From positions 188,482,001-188,546,000 of the forward strand of contig NC_058368.1 in assembly GCF_018350175.1 (NCBI RefSeq): a DNA stretch of 64,000 bases. The letters are read 5' to 3'. This document shows, one piece after another, positions 12,500-26,934 of the stretch. The notes under the pieces are model-generated. The model ran no database searches and had not been told where the DNA came from. It was given only the letters and a program-made list of their open reading frames with translations. Position numbers and translations under genes: made by a program. Each line of letters begins with the position of its first letter. Position 1 is the first letter of the stretch. The stretch comes from Felis catus. Lineage: Eukaryota.

Positions 12500-13270
12500 T
12501 TTTTAAGTTTTTATTTTGAATTCATTTCAGACATAGAAAAAATTGCAAACATAGTAAAAGAGCTCTCTTATAACTATTACTGAGCTTCCCCTAATATGAA
12601 TATCATCCATAATCTTAGTAGTATCTAAATCAGAAAATTAATGTTGATACAATACCATTAGCTAATGCACAGACCTCATTTTTGCCAATTGTCCCACCAA
12701 TGTCCTTTTTTGGCCCAGGATCCAATCCAGGATGAACATTGCATTAAATTTCATGTCCCTGTAATTACCTCAAATCGAAGATAGTTTCTTGGGTCTTTGT
12801 TAGTCATTTGTTATCTTGACATTTTTGAAAAGCAGTGATCAGTTATTTTGTAAAATGTCCCTCAATTTGGATTTGCTTATTGTTTCCTCATGATTAAACT
12901 TGGGTTCTGCATGTTTGTCAAGAACCCCACACAAGTGACATCTTCCTGTTCTCAGTGGGTTCCATCAGGAGGTGCATGGAGTCAAAGTATCTCAGGGCTG
13001 GTGATGTCAAGCTTGAGCACTTGGCTTAGGTGATGTCTACCAGGTTTTCGCACAGGATATCTTCTATTTTTTTCCTTTAGAATTAATGTATCTGGTGGAG
13101 AGATACTCAGAGTATGTTAATATCCCCGTCATACTTTTACCCACTGACTTTAGCATACACTGATGATACTTGCCACAACAATAGCTTTGCCTGATGGCGA
13201 TTTTCTATTTTCATCATTCTTTCTACATCTATTAATTCGGATTCTACTATAATGAAAGCTTTCCCTTCTT
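12500..13270 (-). mobile_element. Ancient L1 (L1M) 3' fragment; boundaries approximate
   Basis: ttattttgaattcatttcagacatagaaaaattgcaaac...ggatccaatccaggat...cctcatgattaaacttgggtt is typical of old L1M 3' ends in reverse. Confidence 0.55.
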
Positions 13271-14202
13271 ATATTCTTTTTAATAAAACATCCCTAAATC
13301 TGAGGTTATCAGAGGTCATTGTATTGACTCTCCCAGGATCCTTCTTGGATCTGATTCTTGGGTCTACACAGTTCTGAGGTATTTACTTATATGCCTACAT
13401 AAATGAAAAAAAATCTTCCTTCTTTTGCATTTAAACTTCATGGTTTTAGTTCCCATTAATAGAATCTTTGAGGGAAGCATGCACTAAATGCTTTGCGGGA
13501 TAAAGAGGATGTTTAAATTATTCAAGAGAAGTGCTTTTATACAATTTGGATGTACCCATTTACACATAAAAATTAATGCTAATTAGATATAATTTCCATT
13601 TATTCATTAAAACAATCCCAAAGCATTCCAGAAATCCTTAGTTAGCCTAACGTTATTTTAGGCACTTGAAAACAAAATTGCTTTTCTTAAAAAAGAAAAC
13701 TCCTGACTTTGTCTTTTATGAAAACACTGTTGCAGTAACAGTAGGGCCCTCTTGCTCCTCTTTTCCAGCGACCCTCCTCATTTCCTTCTCCTAATCCATC
13801 AGGCACTCGTTCCACAACCACTTCCAGAGACCCTACTGTGCGCCAGCCTCTTGTCTAAGTGAACAAAACGGACCTGAACCCCTGCCCTATCGAGCTTCCA
13901 GATTCATGGAGGGAGATAAACCACAAACAAAGTAACAAATCCCCAAAGTGGTGGCTGCCTCAAAGAAACATGAAGCAGCGTAAGAGAAGAGAGAATAAGG
14001 GACAAGGGAACCTTTAATTTAATTTAGGTAGAACGAACGGGATGACCCCTCAGATGAGGTAGATGAGTTCAAATGTGACAGAGAACTGAAAGATGTGAGA
14101 GAGAATCCCCGAAGCTGGGGTAGAGGGGGTGGGGGCGGGGGTGCTGGGCAGAGAACATTCCAGGAAAAGGAGTAGCAAGTGCCAAGTTCTGTATTCACAG
14201 AA

Positions 14203-14215
14203 ATATATATATATG

Positions 14216-14246
<31 letters not shown>
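14203..14246. repeat. Interrupted (TA)n microsatellite
   Basis: Direct read. Confidence 0.9.
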
Positions 14247-14413
14247 TTGTGTGTTCTTCCCCGAACTGGTCTACTTTTGCTACATGCACACAGCCTTGCT
14301 TTTACGAAGGCTTAAGCTTGCTTTTAGTGTCTTCCAAATTCCTCACCCCATTTAATTTAACATGTAGTTTCAAGTATCTTTCATCATCTGGAAGAGTATT
14401 GTATATATTTTAA

Positions 14414-14427
14414 ATAGATAGATAGAT

Positions 14428-14475
<48 letters not shown>
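14414..14475. repeat. (GATA)n tetranucleotide STR with one GAT interruption
   Basis: Direct read, about 15 units. Confidence 0.95.
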
Positions 14476-14479
<4 letters not shown>

Positions 14480-14635
14480 GGATACATAGATAATAAGCTG
14501 TGATTGACAGCTGACAGATTTAAGCCTCACACCTCCCTCTTACCTCCTGACCCATACCCACATTAGGGCAAGCTGATAAGAAAGCCTGGGTGCTCCCTAC
14601 AGCATCAGAACCAAATTTTTTGTGAAGATTCACAA

Positions 14636-14638
14636 CAC

Positions 14639-14677
<39 letters not shown>
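14636..14677. repeat. (CA)n microsatellite
   Basis: Direct read. Confidence 0.95.
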
Positions 14678-14680
<3 letters not shown>

Positions 14681-15016
14681 CTACATGTGGCTACTGAGCA
14701 CTCGAAATGCGGTGAGATGTATAATATATGTAAAATACACACTGGGTTTCAAAGATAGTATGAAGGAATGTAAAATACTCCATTAATAACTTTTATGAGC
14801 CACCTTTTATGTGGCTCAGTCGGTTTAGCATCCAACTCTTGATTTTGGCTCAAGTCATGATCCCAGGGTCATGGGATCAAGCCCTGCATCGGGCTCCATA
14901 CTGAGCATGGAGCCTGCCTGGGATTCTCTCTCCCTCTCTCTCTCTCTCTCTCTTTCCCTCTGTCTCTCTCTCCCCCTTGTGCTCTCTCTCTCAAAACATT
15001 TTTTTAAAAATAGCTT

Positions 15017-15055
<39 letters not shown>

Positions 15056-15224
15056 TATGTTGATTATATGTTGAAATGATCTTTTGTGTACATCAAGTTA
15101 AAATACTCTTAAAATTCATTTCACCTGTTTCTTTTAACTTGTGTTAGGGTGGGTACTAGAAATTTCTAAATTACATATATAGTTCATACTTGTGGTTCAC
15201 TTTCTCTTCCTGTTGGAAAGCACT
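14676..15224 (-). mobile_element. MER33-like hAT-Charlie DNA transposon relic, interrupted by a Can-SINE and (TA)n
   Basis: ctagctacatgtggctactgagcactcgaaatg...taaaatacacactgggtttc and attcatttcacctgtttctttt...tactagaaatttctaaattacatat resemble the recalled MER33 consensus in reverse. Confidence 0.6.
14811..15000 (+). mobile_element. Can-SINE (5' end eroded)
   Basis: gtggctcagtcggtttagcatccaactcttgattttggctcaagtcatgatcccagg followed by (CT)n. Confidence 0.85.
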
Positions 15225-16414
15225 AATATACCAAGGTATTAACAATGGGTATATCTTAGGGTTTTAAAAAAATATCCTTCTTTCAGCTTCTCTGTATATT
15301 TTGCAAATGTATTTAAAAGTAAAAAGGTACTTTCATGCAATTCTTGTCAGCGGAGGTAGGGGGAATGTTTAACAGCCTAGGGGTGGAGAGATTGCCCTGC
15401 TCAAAAATTCCAGAAAGTGAAAATATTTTCTAATCAGTCATAATTCTAAAACTGAAGTCCATCCCATGTCTGTAGGTGCTCTGTGAGGGATAGGCAGCTT
15501 CCTGTAAGCTTTGGAGGAAATGACATTCTAATGGTGATTATAGAGTTTGCAAATGCATTGATGCACCCAGGCCTACAAGCCCTAGGTCCTTAGATGTAGG
15601 ACCTGCTAAATGTGATGTGCTGTTGTCATAGGAAACAAGGCGTGGCTGGCCCCACTTTTTTGTATGTGCATGCCTGGAGTGGCCATTTGTAGCTGATCCA
15701 AACTCTGGTCTGTACAAACCTTCAGTATTCAGATCCTTCTTCACCGACCAGGAGGACCAAGCTTAGGATGGCTGTCCAGGTACAGACCAACCTGATTTCC
15801 TGGGTAATGTTTTGGAACAAACTGTGCATACTTAGTCATGCAAAAATGCTACTGTTTTCAAGAGGCCAGAATTCAGAACATACTCGGCTGGTCCAGCGAC
15901 TGAGTTTTTTATTGTCGCTGACTCTCAACCCAGCCCTTTATACTTAGGTGGCCAGCTCTTTCTACCAGAAGAAGAATGGATAGTAAGAGAAGAAGGAGCA
16001 GAGGAAAAAAAACAAATGGATTTAACTGAATGATCACATAAAAACTGTAAATTTCATGTCACTTTTCAGAAAAATTCAGCATCTGTTTTCAATGATTTGT
16101 GATTTTGTTATTTGTCTCTTCTTTACACAAACACATTTAGAAAATTAAATCTGAGTAATTTCAATTCTGTAAATTTTAAAACTTCACTGGGTAAGAGAAC
16201 TATTGAGTACTGAATCTCAAAAGACAAGTATGTATATACAAATAAGCAATTTGTGCTTTACATTTGGCCCTAGAGTCAAAAAAGGGAAGAATTTAACTTT
16301 GAAATAATGACAAAGTTATTTGAATATATACAAACAAACTTTCATTTTTGGATTCACTTTTTAACTCTATAGACTGAAGCCATCATTAGCTACTAGAATT
16401 TGAATGCCAAGTTT

Positions 16415-16905
16415 TTTTTAATAGTTATAATGAGTATAATTCACATATTATGCAATTGACCATTTAAAGCATATAATTCAATGGCTTTTATTATATTCAC
16501 AAAGCTGTGCATTCATCACCACAATCTATTTTAGAATATTTTCAATATTCCAAAAGGAAACCCAGCACTCCTCAGCCATCAGGCTTCAATCCCAGCATCC
16601 CTCTCCTCCCCGAAAGCCCTAGGCAAGTACTGTCTACTTTCTGCCTCTCTGGGTCTGCCTATTTTTTTACATTTTATATACCTAGAATTACACAATATGC
16701 AGCCCTTTGTGACCTCCTTTTTAGCACAATGCTTCCAAGGCTTAAACAGGTGACAGCTAGTATCAGTATTTCATTCTTTTTATTGCTGAACCATATTCCA
16801 TTGCATCCATATGCCACATTTTATTTATCCATTCATTAGTTGAGGGACATGTGGGTTGTTTCTTCTTATTGGCTATTATGAATACTGCTATGAATATTCA
16901 TGTAC
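16415..16905 (-). mobile_element. L1 (L1MB-like) 3' fragment
   Basis: ataattcacatattatgcaattgaccatttaaag...ttcattctttttattgctgaaccatattccattg...gctattatgaatactgctatgaatattcatgtac. Confidence 0.7.
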
Positions 16906-18114
16906 CTAAGACTAATTTTAGGCTTAAGTAATCCTTGCTTTATGACATGGATGCATCCAAGGAAAGTGAGTATAGAGCAAACTTCCGCAAAGCAAGCTTT
17001 GCTTACCAGAGATTGCCAGTCATAAATCATGTTTTCCCAGGAAGACATCTAACAGCCTGATTTGGAAACATCAAGAAAGCCCCTCCTAAAGTTGTTTGGT
17101 CTTTTAACAGATTCGAACACATCGATATTTATTGCATAACTTCCAGATGCAACATGCTGTTTGTGGTGGATTAATAGTTTTGAACTATTAAACAATGTTT
17201 TTCTGTGTATTTCTTTGCACCCCCTGTCCTGCTCCTCAGTCAGTCATTCACTGCCTCAGGGAATGGATAACTCAGAGAAGAGAAGAGAACAAAGTAATTG
17301 GCTTTTGGCTCTTAAATCTCAAAACCCAGGCAGTAAATTTGGGAACATAGGTGATGAGTCAGATCAAAGCTTCCTGTCCCACTGCACCCCAACCAGATTA
17401 AGTTTTTTGAGAATTGAAGAAAAAGGAGTGTATGAGGAAAAATGAGCCCAAGAGGAGAATATGAAAGAACTCCATGAAGGTTTATGAGATCGTAGAGCAC
17501 GGTGAAGGTGGGGCCCACGAGAGGTGCCAAGATCTCAGAGAAGAAATGGCTTCATGGTTTGTGCCTCGGTAGAGAACCTAGACGGCTTCATAGAGACTTC
17601 CTTTGGCTCATCTTCACCTTCTGAGAAGATGGAATGGTGACCTAATGCTGCAGAGAGTGGTCCTGAGGTAGCACAGGGTTTTAGCACTATACTGAGTGTC
17701 TCAAGCATGAGGGAACCACAGTTACTCTGTATGTTCAACACAAGTACAGACACAACAAGGTGCCTCCTTTAGACCTGACTTGGAACAAGGGATGATGTAA
17801 CAGAGACCTATATGGACCAGTGACGAAGGTCCAGCACAGATTTTGTGGAGACCTTAGGAGATATGAGCATGGCTAAATCACAACCAAAGACCAGACACCT
17901 TCTCCATCTCAATCCTGTGTCCCCAATGTCTTGGCATAACGTTAACACCATAGCACTTAGACTCAACACTGGGGAAAGGAGAGGGAACTTCAAATTGACC
18001 AAAATTAAGTTTTTACTACTCAGAAGAATAGGGACTCTTAAAAGAAATTTAAGAAAAGTATATTTCTGAGTTAGTCATCTAAGATTTGTACACGCGGGTT
18101 TTTTGCTTTTTGGG

Positions 18115-18166
18115 TTTTTGTTTTGTTTTGTTTTGTTTTGTTTTGTTTTGTTTTGTTTTGTTTTTG
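18115..18166. repeat. (TTTTG)n pentanucleotide repeat
   Basis: Direct read. Confidence 0.95.
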
Positions 18167-19066
18167 AGAGTGCTTCAGTGAAACCAGGAATGTAGCTCCC
18201 ATGCTGTCAAAGTTCTTATTCCCTGGATCATATGATTTTACCTCTTTTCTAGAGGTGGTCTATCTGTTGTTCTCCTTAGTCCCCAGAACTTTGCTACCTT
18301 TCTGTCCTTGGATCTGACCTTGCCTCGCCTCACCCTCCTCCTTATTATATTAGTTCTTCCTATAATATACATCCTATATTTGGAGTTATTTAATGCCTAT
18401 AATGTTTAATGGACTGTAAGCTCCATGAAGGAAGGGACCATATCTATCTTACCCACCCAGAACTTAATATAATTTTGATCCATAATAGGTTCTCAATAAA
18501 TGATTGAATAACTTTTTCCTATAGCAACACACAAATGCACAGAATACATGTAGAAGTATGTTCATTGCAGCTTTGCTGGCAATAATACTAAATGATTCAA
18601 ATTAAGTGACCATCAATAGGGAAAGAGTTAAGTGAATTAGAGTAATTAGAGCACCTCTGTAATATGGAATAATGTGCCTAAGCAAAACTACCAGAGAAAG
18701 AAAAGAAATCTTACAATTTATTTCAAAGTCAAGTTAGATATTATTCCTTAATTATGTCCTGCCTTAGATAATCAATGCCTTTGCATTCCTCTCCATCTCA
18801 CAAAGGGAACTGGTTTGATGCTTCCTTTTGAAAGACTCAAGTCCAAACTTGGCATCCTCTGCATGATTTAGGAAGTTGAACATATTTATTAGGATATCCA
18901 TTGGTTGTCACCAATGATTATGACCATCATCATCTCTGAAAATTTACTCAATCCTTACTATGTGCCAGGCACCATGCAAACACTCGATAAGTATTATTCA
19001 TATTGAATCTAATCAACTTGTGAAGTAGGTATTTTTATACCAACTTTACAGATTAGGCTCAGGGAT

Positions 19067-19620
19067 TGTGGCAGAGAAACCATAAAATAACCCTCAATGA
19101 TGCTACCTCCTTTGTGTAATCTCCTCCCCTAAGTCTGGGAGGAATTTATCACTTGATTCTAACAGAATATAGCAAATGTGATAGGATGTCACTCCCATGA
19201 TTACTTCATACTATATAAGACTAGCAGACTGGAGTCAGAGACTCCCCTTGAGACTTGGATGAGATAAGTAGCCATATTGGAGAAGTTCATGTGGGAAGGA
19301 ATTATGGGAAGCCTCTAGAACCTGAGGGCAGTGACAGCCACTAAAAAGAAGGGGGACTTTAGTCATACAATCTGCCATACAGCCTCAAGGAAATGAACTC
19401 TGCAGACAACCTGAATGAGCAGATTCTTCCCCAGGTAAGTTTCCACATGAAAGCCAGCCTGGTCCCTACCTTCATGCAGCCTTGTGAGACCCTGAACAAA
19501 GGATCTGATTAAGCTGTGCTCATACTTCTCACCATGGAAATCATTGAGATAATAAATGCATGCTATTTTAAATCATTAGGCTTGTGGTAATTTGTGATGC
19601 AGCAATAGAAAACAAATGCA
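19067..19620 (+). mobile_element. MaLR solo LTR (MLT1E/F-like) inserted into a MIR
   Basis: TG...CA termini, ending gtggtaatttgtgatgcagcaatagaaaacaaatgca. Flanks GGGAT/GGGAG look like a degenerate 5-bp TSD. MIR-like sequence runs up to the left edge. Confidence 0.65.
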
Positions 19621-21945
19621 GGGAGGTTACGTTTCTAATCCTAAATCCCCCAGAAGTTGTGGGACTGGCTGTCTGACCCAGGCCCATTGTCTCACAAATG
19701 CAGGTTTATCGGGGCCATACCCTGCTTTGGCTCCCCCAAGTGGTGCTTTCAAGATTGTGTGAACTTCCAGCCTGACTCCAAAACATGACTTAGCTGAATT
19801 TCTCTAATCACCAAAAACAAAGGATCATCCCTGACCCGGATCACCTAGGGGATCGAACTATCTTTTCACATACGCTGAAGCTGCCTGATGCAGCAACAAT
19901 AATATGGGTCCGTGTTGGGCCCTAGTCAAGAAATGTCATAGATCAGTGGCTCTGGAAGGACTTCCTCAACATGTGGGCTCTGATACACATTCACCGCACC
20001 TCATAGTGGGGCTTGATGTATAGACGCTTAGTTAGTTACTCAATGAGCTGGATGGCAGCAGGCAAATTGTAGCACTTTGCTTTCAATGATTTGCTGTTCA
20101 GTGGCATCAGTATAACACCTATCAGTGTCCTATTAATCAGAATGGACAATCATCTAGTCTTGAGCTCCCAGAATTCCCTGAGAATATCAATGTATGAGAA
20201 ATAATTATGGCATTAGATATGGTGCTGTGTACTTCTATTATTGTCTAGTGAAGGCATTTGTAAACCACATCAATTTACTACTACACTAAAGGCAAAATGT
20301 TATCTAAGAGATGGATGAAACTATCTCTTATATATTATGGAGACCTAAAACCATAGTAGTTCACTCATCCAATATCATCATATCAGCAACCAGAACTTAC
20401 AAATTTCTTCTTTACTAGAAGCTCTCATGAAAATATTTTCTTTATTTGCTATATCCTCCTATTAAGGTGGATGGAGAAAATCAATACAGGGATTGATTCT
20501 TTTGCAGGGAAGCTAAATGAAAAGGGAAATAAATACATGTATTCTATTTTGTCCTGAGTCTTGTTACAGTTGGAAGCATTTCAAGAAGCAAATGTTAAGA
20601 ATAATGACATTGAGTAAGTGCATATTTTATGGCTTGTTTATTTATACATTTATTAGTTTAACTCTTATTTGCCATGTAGCTACCAAGTTCAGAAGCTTAC
20701 TGTGTACCTGGAAAGAATACAAAAGTAATAGAAATCTGATCTCTGTTTCTAGAGGCTTTCAAATACATGGATCTAAAAATAACCACTCAGGCTAATTCAA
20801 GCACAAAGAGCCACTGAGACACATCTAGCCATTCTTATAGACATATTTCATCAGTACACATGGACACAGAGAAAAGCCTGGAAGTAAGTACATCACAATG
20901 TCAACCATGGTTACCCCTTGATGGTGAGATTATACGTAATTTTTTAAAAGTATTTGTACTTCTTAAGTAAATAAAAATAGTCTTTAAAAATGAAAAGAAA
21001 AGGTCTTTCAAACCATTAGGTCTAAATTAACTAAACAGATCCACCAAATCCACCCAAACAAGGATGCACATTCATTCTTCTTTTAGCAAAAAGCTATTTA
21101 GGGGTAAATAAAGAATATTCACGGTGCCATATTTTGTTAAATTTTGTCTTCTTAGAACTGAGTGATATCGACAATAGTGTTTAAGCATTCCTTCATTACT
21201 TTCCTCTCAGTAGAAGTTCAGGCTTAATTTATTATTTTGTTTTTGCTTTGACTAAAATTTCAAAAATTTTATAGCAGCACATGCTATGAAAGACCTGATT
21301 GTAACACAACACCTTTGAATAGTTTGCATGAGATAAGCCCCAGGAATGCTGGAGGAAGGGGTTCTTGGGATTGAGAGTTGAGAAAACATCTGGCAGCAGA
21401 ATTCAGCCACAGATTAAGGGCACACATTGTAGCCCCATTGGATGTTGGGGAGGAAGTGGTTATGTTGAGCACAAATGCAAAACACTCCATAAATGACTTT
21501 CTCTACTGCCCATGTATGAAATAGCTAGAAGGATGTTCTACACTCCCTAAAACACCCCCCAGAGAAAAGGAGAGGGGTCTTTGATCTTTCTCCCTGACTG
21601 CTCCCCTCCACACTGTCACAGGCCATGCATGCTCATGCTGGACACTTCACCACGTGTCCAGCCTCTGGACAGCAATGCCAGCTGGAATCCCAGACGGCTT
21701 TTTCACTGTGGGTGTAGGCGGAGTGAGAAGGGTTCTTTATATGTTGACTTTCATATGTTGAGTTCTCTATTCTTCAAATTAAATACCTTAGCAATGGGTG
21801 AACCCCAGAGGGCTGAGTTTGCCACACTCAGTCCCACAGCTGCTTCTCCAGAGCAGGGATCACATCTGCCTTACTCCCCACTGGAGACCTGGCACCTCAA
21901 ATAGTACCTAGCACATCACAGGGGCTTGATAGGTAATTCAAGCAT

Positions 21946-22152
21946 TTATTTATGTTTTTAGTTTTTATTTATTTATTTTGAGAGAGAGAGTGAGCAGGGG
22001 AGGGGCAGAGAGAGAGAGGGAGAGAGAGAATCCCAAGCAGGGTCTGTGCTATCACAGCAGAGCCCGATGTGGGACTTGAATCACAAATCGTTCATGACCT
22101 GAGCGGAAACCAAGAGTTGGACGCTTAACCAAATGAGCCACCCAGGTGCCCC
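21946..22152 (-). mobile_element. Can-SINE
   Basis: Reverse head ends gagccacccaggtgcccc at 22152; (GA)n and T-rich tail. Confidence 0.9.
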
Positions 22153-23047
22153 TCAATAGGCAGTTCAGAAGTGATGTAGTGAAGGAGTGAAGGAGTGCAA
22201 ACTTTCCCTTGGTCACTTTCGAAACCTCCCATCTGGAATAATAACAGTAACCTCCTCACTGATCTCCTCCTTTCTACTTTCGCCCCCTCTATAATCCATT
22301 CTCCACACCAGAGCCAGAATGATCTTTTTAAAAACAAATAAGATTCTAAAATTCGATCATGGTGATGGCTGAACAACTCTGTAAATATACTAAAACCATT
22401 GAAATGCACACTTCAAATGGGTGAATTTTAGAGTTTGTAAATTTTATCTCAATAAGGCTATGAAAAAATTATCATTCCCCTACTCAAAATCCTCCACTGG
22501 CTCCCCCATTTCACTTAGAATTCACCAGATTACTTACTGTGACTTGCAAAATCCTATCCCATGGACTCTGCCTACTTTCCATCCTCATTTCCCACCAGCT
22601 ACCACTTCCCTGCCACTAATCCCTGAGCCTGCCTATCTTGTTCCTGCCTTCAGGTCTTGCACATGCTTCTAGCTCTGCCCACACTGCTCTTCTCCATAAT
22701 ATTCTGAGTGATGCCTCTTATTCAGGTCTTCCCACTCTGGCCCATGCTATTGCCAACCACCACCGTTCAATTCCACTTTTCATCATACCAGGTTTTCATC
22801 GCACTTCTTACTGTTTGAAAATTATCATATTGTTTTTTTTCTTTATTGTTTCCTTTACTCAAACATAAATTCTGTGAGGGGAGAGGCTCTTCTTGTGTTT
22901 ACCTCTGAAGAACAATGCCTGAGACACATAGTAGGTACTAACAAATGTACATTAGATGTTGACTGACTGTTTCCCGCATAGACAGTTTATTCTGCCAAGC
23001 CTGTCAGGGAAAAATTAGTATCTACCTTAGTATATCTTTATAACTGC

Positions 23048-23093
<46 letters not shown>
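23048..23093. repeat. poly(A) run followed by (TA)n
   Basis: Direct read. Confidence 0.9.
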
Positions 23094-23097
<4 letters not shown>

Positions 23098-25859
23098 AAA
23101 AAATTCTCATTGCTTTGGAGTAATTTTTAATTTTTTTACATGCATAGCAAAACTAGCTAGCTTCTGTCTGGGAACAGCATTTCCAAAGTTAAAAGATTAA
23201 AATAATGTTAATATTCCACTATACAAAGATATGTCATAATGCTGCTAAAGTTTTAAACATATGTACTTTGGGGGGTTAGGAGTCGAGTCGGCAGGTCTTT
23301 CAGTCTGGACGATTACTAAAAGCAGCTGGGTACTTACAAAAATACCTAGACCGTAAGAAGTACGTCCTCATTCTACTTTCCTTGACTGTTTAGAACTCTC
23401 AGAAAACCAAGGTGATATTTGTAAAACATATGCGCAATTACAGAAAGTTTTCCTTTTAATTCTACACTCTAATTATAATTTCAAGAATGATACAGCTCAT
23501 CAGAGCCACACCCTCTGAACCACTTTTAGTAACATCTAACATTTACATAGCTTTAGTTGCTTCAAAGAACTTCCACATGAATTGTCTCATGTGACCTTTG
23601 CAACGGACTATGGGAAAGAGAAGTGTTATTATTAGTACTTTTTTGAGGAGGAAACCCAAGTTCAAAGAGTTAAGACTTGAGCAAGGTCTCACTGTTAGTA
23701 AGTAGGGATTCTAGCCAAATGTTATTCTGACAAATCTCTTGCCTTTTTTCCCTAAGGCTTCATTTGGGAAACCATAACTGTTCCTACATATTAAGCAACA
23801 AAAAGTGATAGCGATCAAAAATGCTGCAAGGAATTAATAGCTTGTAATAGGATTAAGAGAGATTTGTATTCAATGGTTTACTTCATTTTAATAATCTGTG
23901 TGTTCCTGAAAAGTCACCAGTTTGGCCTCTAGTATCACAAAGTGCACACATACACAATCTAACTTGTTTGTTGTAGCCCTATTGACTAATGGAAATATCA
24001 CTAATGCTTAAGCAATCTGGCTTTTATATTTTTAATGATTATTGCCACTGTTTACACATGATTTTATAAACCATAGGTTGAACTTTTAAAGCTTTTCATG
24101 AGGAAATCAGGTTTTAACAAATAATGCTTTATATCAGGAAATAACTTTTTAGCAGCATTTAAGAAGTGCTTGCTTACTTTCAGAGTTTTTAAAAAATCTT
24201 TAGTGTCAAGAGATTTGTAAGATTTTATATTCTACATGGAACCTCAATGACATTAGGTAATTGATGGCCTTTTTTAAACCCACAGGATGTCTGATATTTC
24301 TGTTCTAGTTCTTATCATGCATTAATTTCTCATAAGTCTTTGATAAATCTGTCAAGCTAATCTTCAAGGATTTTTCCTTAAGCTGTAACTACTTAGCATT
24401 CCCATCAAAACTGACACAGCTTCTCCAAAGCAATTCCAAAAACTAGTATATCCTTACATAAATATCTAAGTGTTTAATCCCTAGAGACACCTCTTGAGAT
24501 ACTATTCTAGTTAGTAAGAATAAATTTTGACGTATAAATACCTTAGGAGAAACTGTAACAATTCTTTCTTGAAAGTTCTGTTGATTACTTGGAATGAGAA
24601 AAACCCTCAACCAGTTTATTCACTATTCACGTTTTATTATTATTCTTGGCAACCAACTGTCATTTAGAAATCAAACTATACTCTAAGTAATTTGCATTTT
24701 CTTTTTTTTCCCATATCATTCTTTCCCAGTCCCTCTCCCTGCACAGCTCCACCTCCTCCACAAAACTGACAATTATTTTACTTTCTGTGAATAAAGCACA
24801 TCTCAGTTGCCCACCGTAATGACCCATTTATCTATTCTTTGCCATTAAAATTAACTCCTATAGGTATCATTAGTCCAATAACTCATCTTCATGCAGGACC
24901 TGAGGGGCTACTAGATCTCAAAGTGCTCTCTTTGAATCAAAGGTTTAATGATGTTCTGCAGTTTTTAGATTAAATATATTTTATCAAGAATCAATTGCTT
25001 CAAAGTTTGGAACAGCTCTATCATAAAACTAACTTGCTATTTCATCAGCATATGTATCAGAATTAAGTCATCTCCTGGTTCTGTTGTGTGAGCCACATAC
25101 ATGGAGATCGAGAGATAAATCTGTTCAAGAAGACATGAGATGCAGAAGACAAAGTAAAAGTCTAATATTCTATGAATGTATTAATCACACAAACATGTGA
25201 TCTCAGTAAGCTGACAGGAACAATGTTCTCCCAGAATTGCTAAATTTAGCATACTGGCTAATAAACTTTGGTTTGGGCACCACCTAACGGCAGAAAATGT
25301 TTCTTAAAAATCCTACTTTGCTTTCGGAGGCTTGCTCATTTTTGTATTTTATATTGATTCAGAAAATGTCTCTTCTTTATTGAACTAAACAGTTTTAAGT
25401 GTTCAGTTTTCTTAAAAAGATTAAGCCCTTTCCATGCCTATTTTGGAACAATAAACCACCTCTTACAAGGGGAAAATGCCCCAGTGAAATGAATATTCCA
25501 AAAACTGCTACTCCATCCTTATTTAAATTTAGCCTCACAATTTAGAAAGATGTTTTTAATTGAATCATTTTAATTATTTAAGAGTTCTCTAACACTTCCA
25601 CACTATGTATCTTTATAATAACCTGTCACAAAGAAAACAGCTTATCTTCCTGAAAACATGGTACTTTGTAGAATTAAGTGATTTAACATATCTAATTAGC
25701 TGCTAAAACCAATTCTGAATGCATGAATAGTGATATACACACTTTTAAACCATACATGTTTAGTGTTTTTCAAGAGGCCGTTGCCTGAACCTAATGTTTG
25801 TTTCGTTTTGTGATTCCACAAAGAGGCAAAATATTTGGGGTAGTACAGACCAAAACCAA

Positions 25860-26934
25860 TGTTTTAAGAAAAAGTATTTATTATTTACACCACTGAAATA
25901 GTCCCGTAAGAACAATATACACCATGTTTATTTGAAAGGATCAGATTCCTTTCAAATACAAGATCTGTATAAAGCAATACTGTCAACACAAACAGTGGTC
26001 ACATTACCTATCTGCGGGCTTAGGCATTGCAAATAATTTTTTTTTTAATCTTATGGCTAAATATTTTCACTGAAACACAGTGTTTGCATTTGACAATATA
26101 CAGCTGGAACAGAACAAAAACTTTTTGTTCATGCTTTTTAGGGCTGAACCAGTGATATGTCCCACTTAAAAATGTATTGCCTTTAATTGCTTTTATGACA
26201 ATGGTTTTAGGCAGAAGTGCTTCTACTTAGCCACCAAAAAGACACTTTTGTTCCTTAGTTTTATTCTTCAGTCTTATGTTTTCTATTTCTTATACTATGA
26301 GACATACTTGTATCACAGCTGATGTTTTCCAGTTTTACTCAAAGAACACAGACATACATATAGACCAAACTGAGACAGATCAAAGTGTAGAGATGTAAAT
26401 AGTGCACAGTAAGAAGAGAAATTGTGTCTACAACAAAGGAATAAAAAAAAACTCTCAGTGATTTTAAGCATACCAAACTAGGTTCCTTACGCAAAACTTT
26501 TTTTTTTTTTTTTTTTTGGTTTTAAAGGGAAAAGCAGTAGCTTCAACATGGGTTTGGCCTCAGATTTAGTTAGACAACAGCACAATGAGACAAAACGCAA
26601 AACATAACTTGTTTCCAAAGCCACAAAATGACACTGTTGAGTATATATTTTTGTCCACTTTTTTGTGTGTGTGGGGAAAAAAACTCAGTACTCAATGCTG
26701 GAGAAAATATTTTTCAAGAGTAACGGTATACTCATATAGGGGGAAAAGGATTTTTTAAGCGTATTGCTATGATCTTCAAAAAATATAAAATTAAATTTAC
26801 AAAAAAACTGGAAGACCAAGTATAAGCAGTCTGATATTCGCTGCAGTGTCCAGCACTATCATAATGATTTCTAGCAGAAAAGCAAGAAGTTCGTGATCTC
26901 AAGTATCCTCGGTAACTGCTCATGTAACTGGTAA
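25860..26934 (-). other. UBLCP1: UBLCP1 3' UTR (main predicted form)
   Basis: Runs from the stop codon to AATAAA (tttatt at 25877-25882), followed on the minus strand by GU-rich ttggttttggtctgt. Confidence 0.7.
25877..25882 (-). terminator. UBLCP1 polyadenylation signal (candidate main site)
   Basis: AATAAA on minus with a downstream GU-rich element. Confidence 0.65.

Noticed and set aside
16905..17100. Segment that may be ERV-internal or other repeat sequence
   Set aside because: I could not assign a family or boundaries with any confidence.
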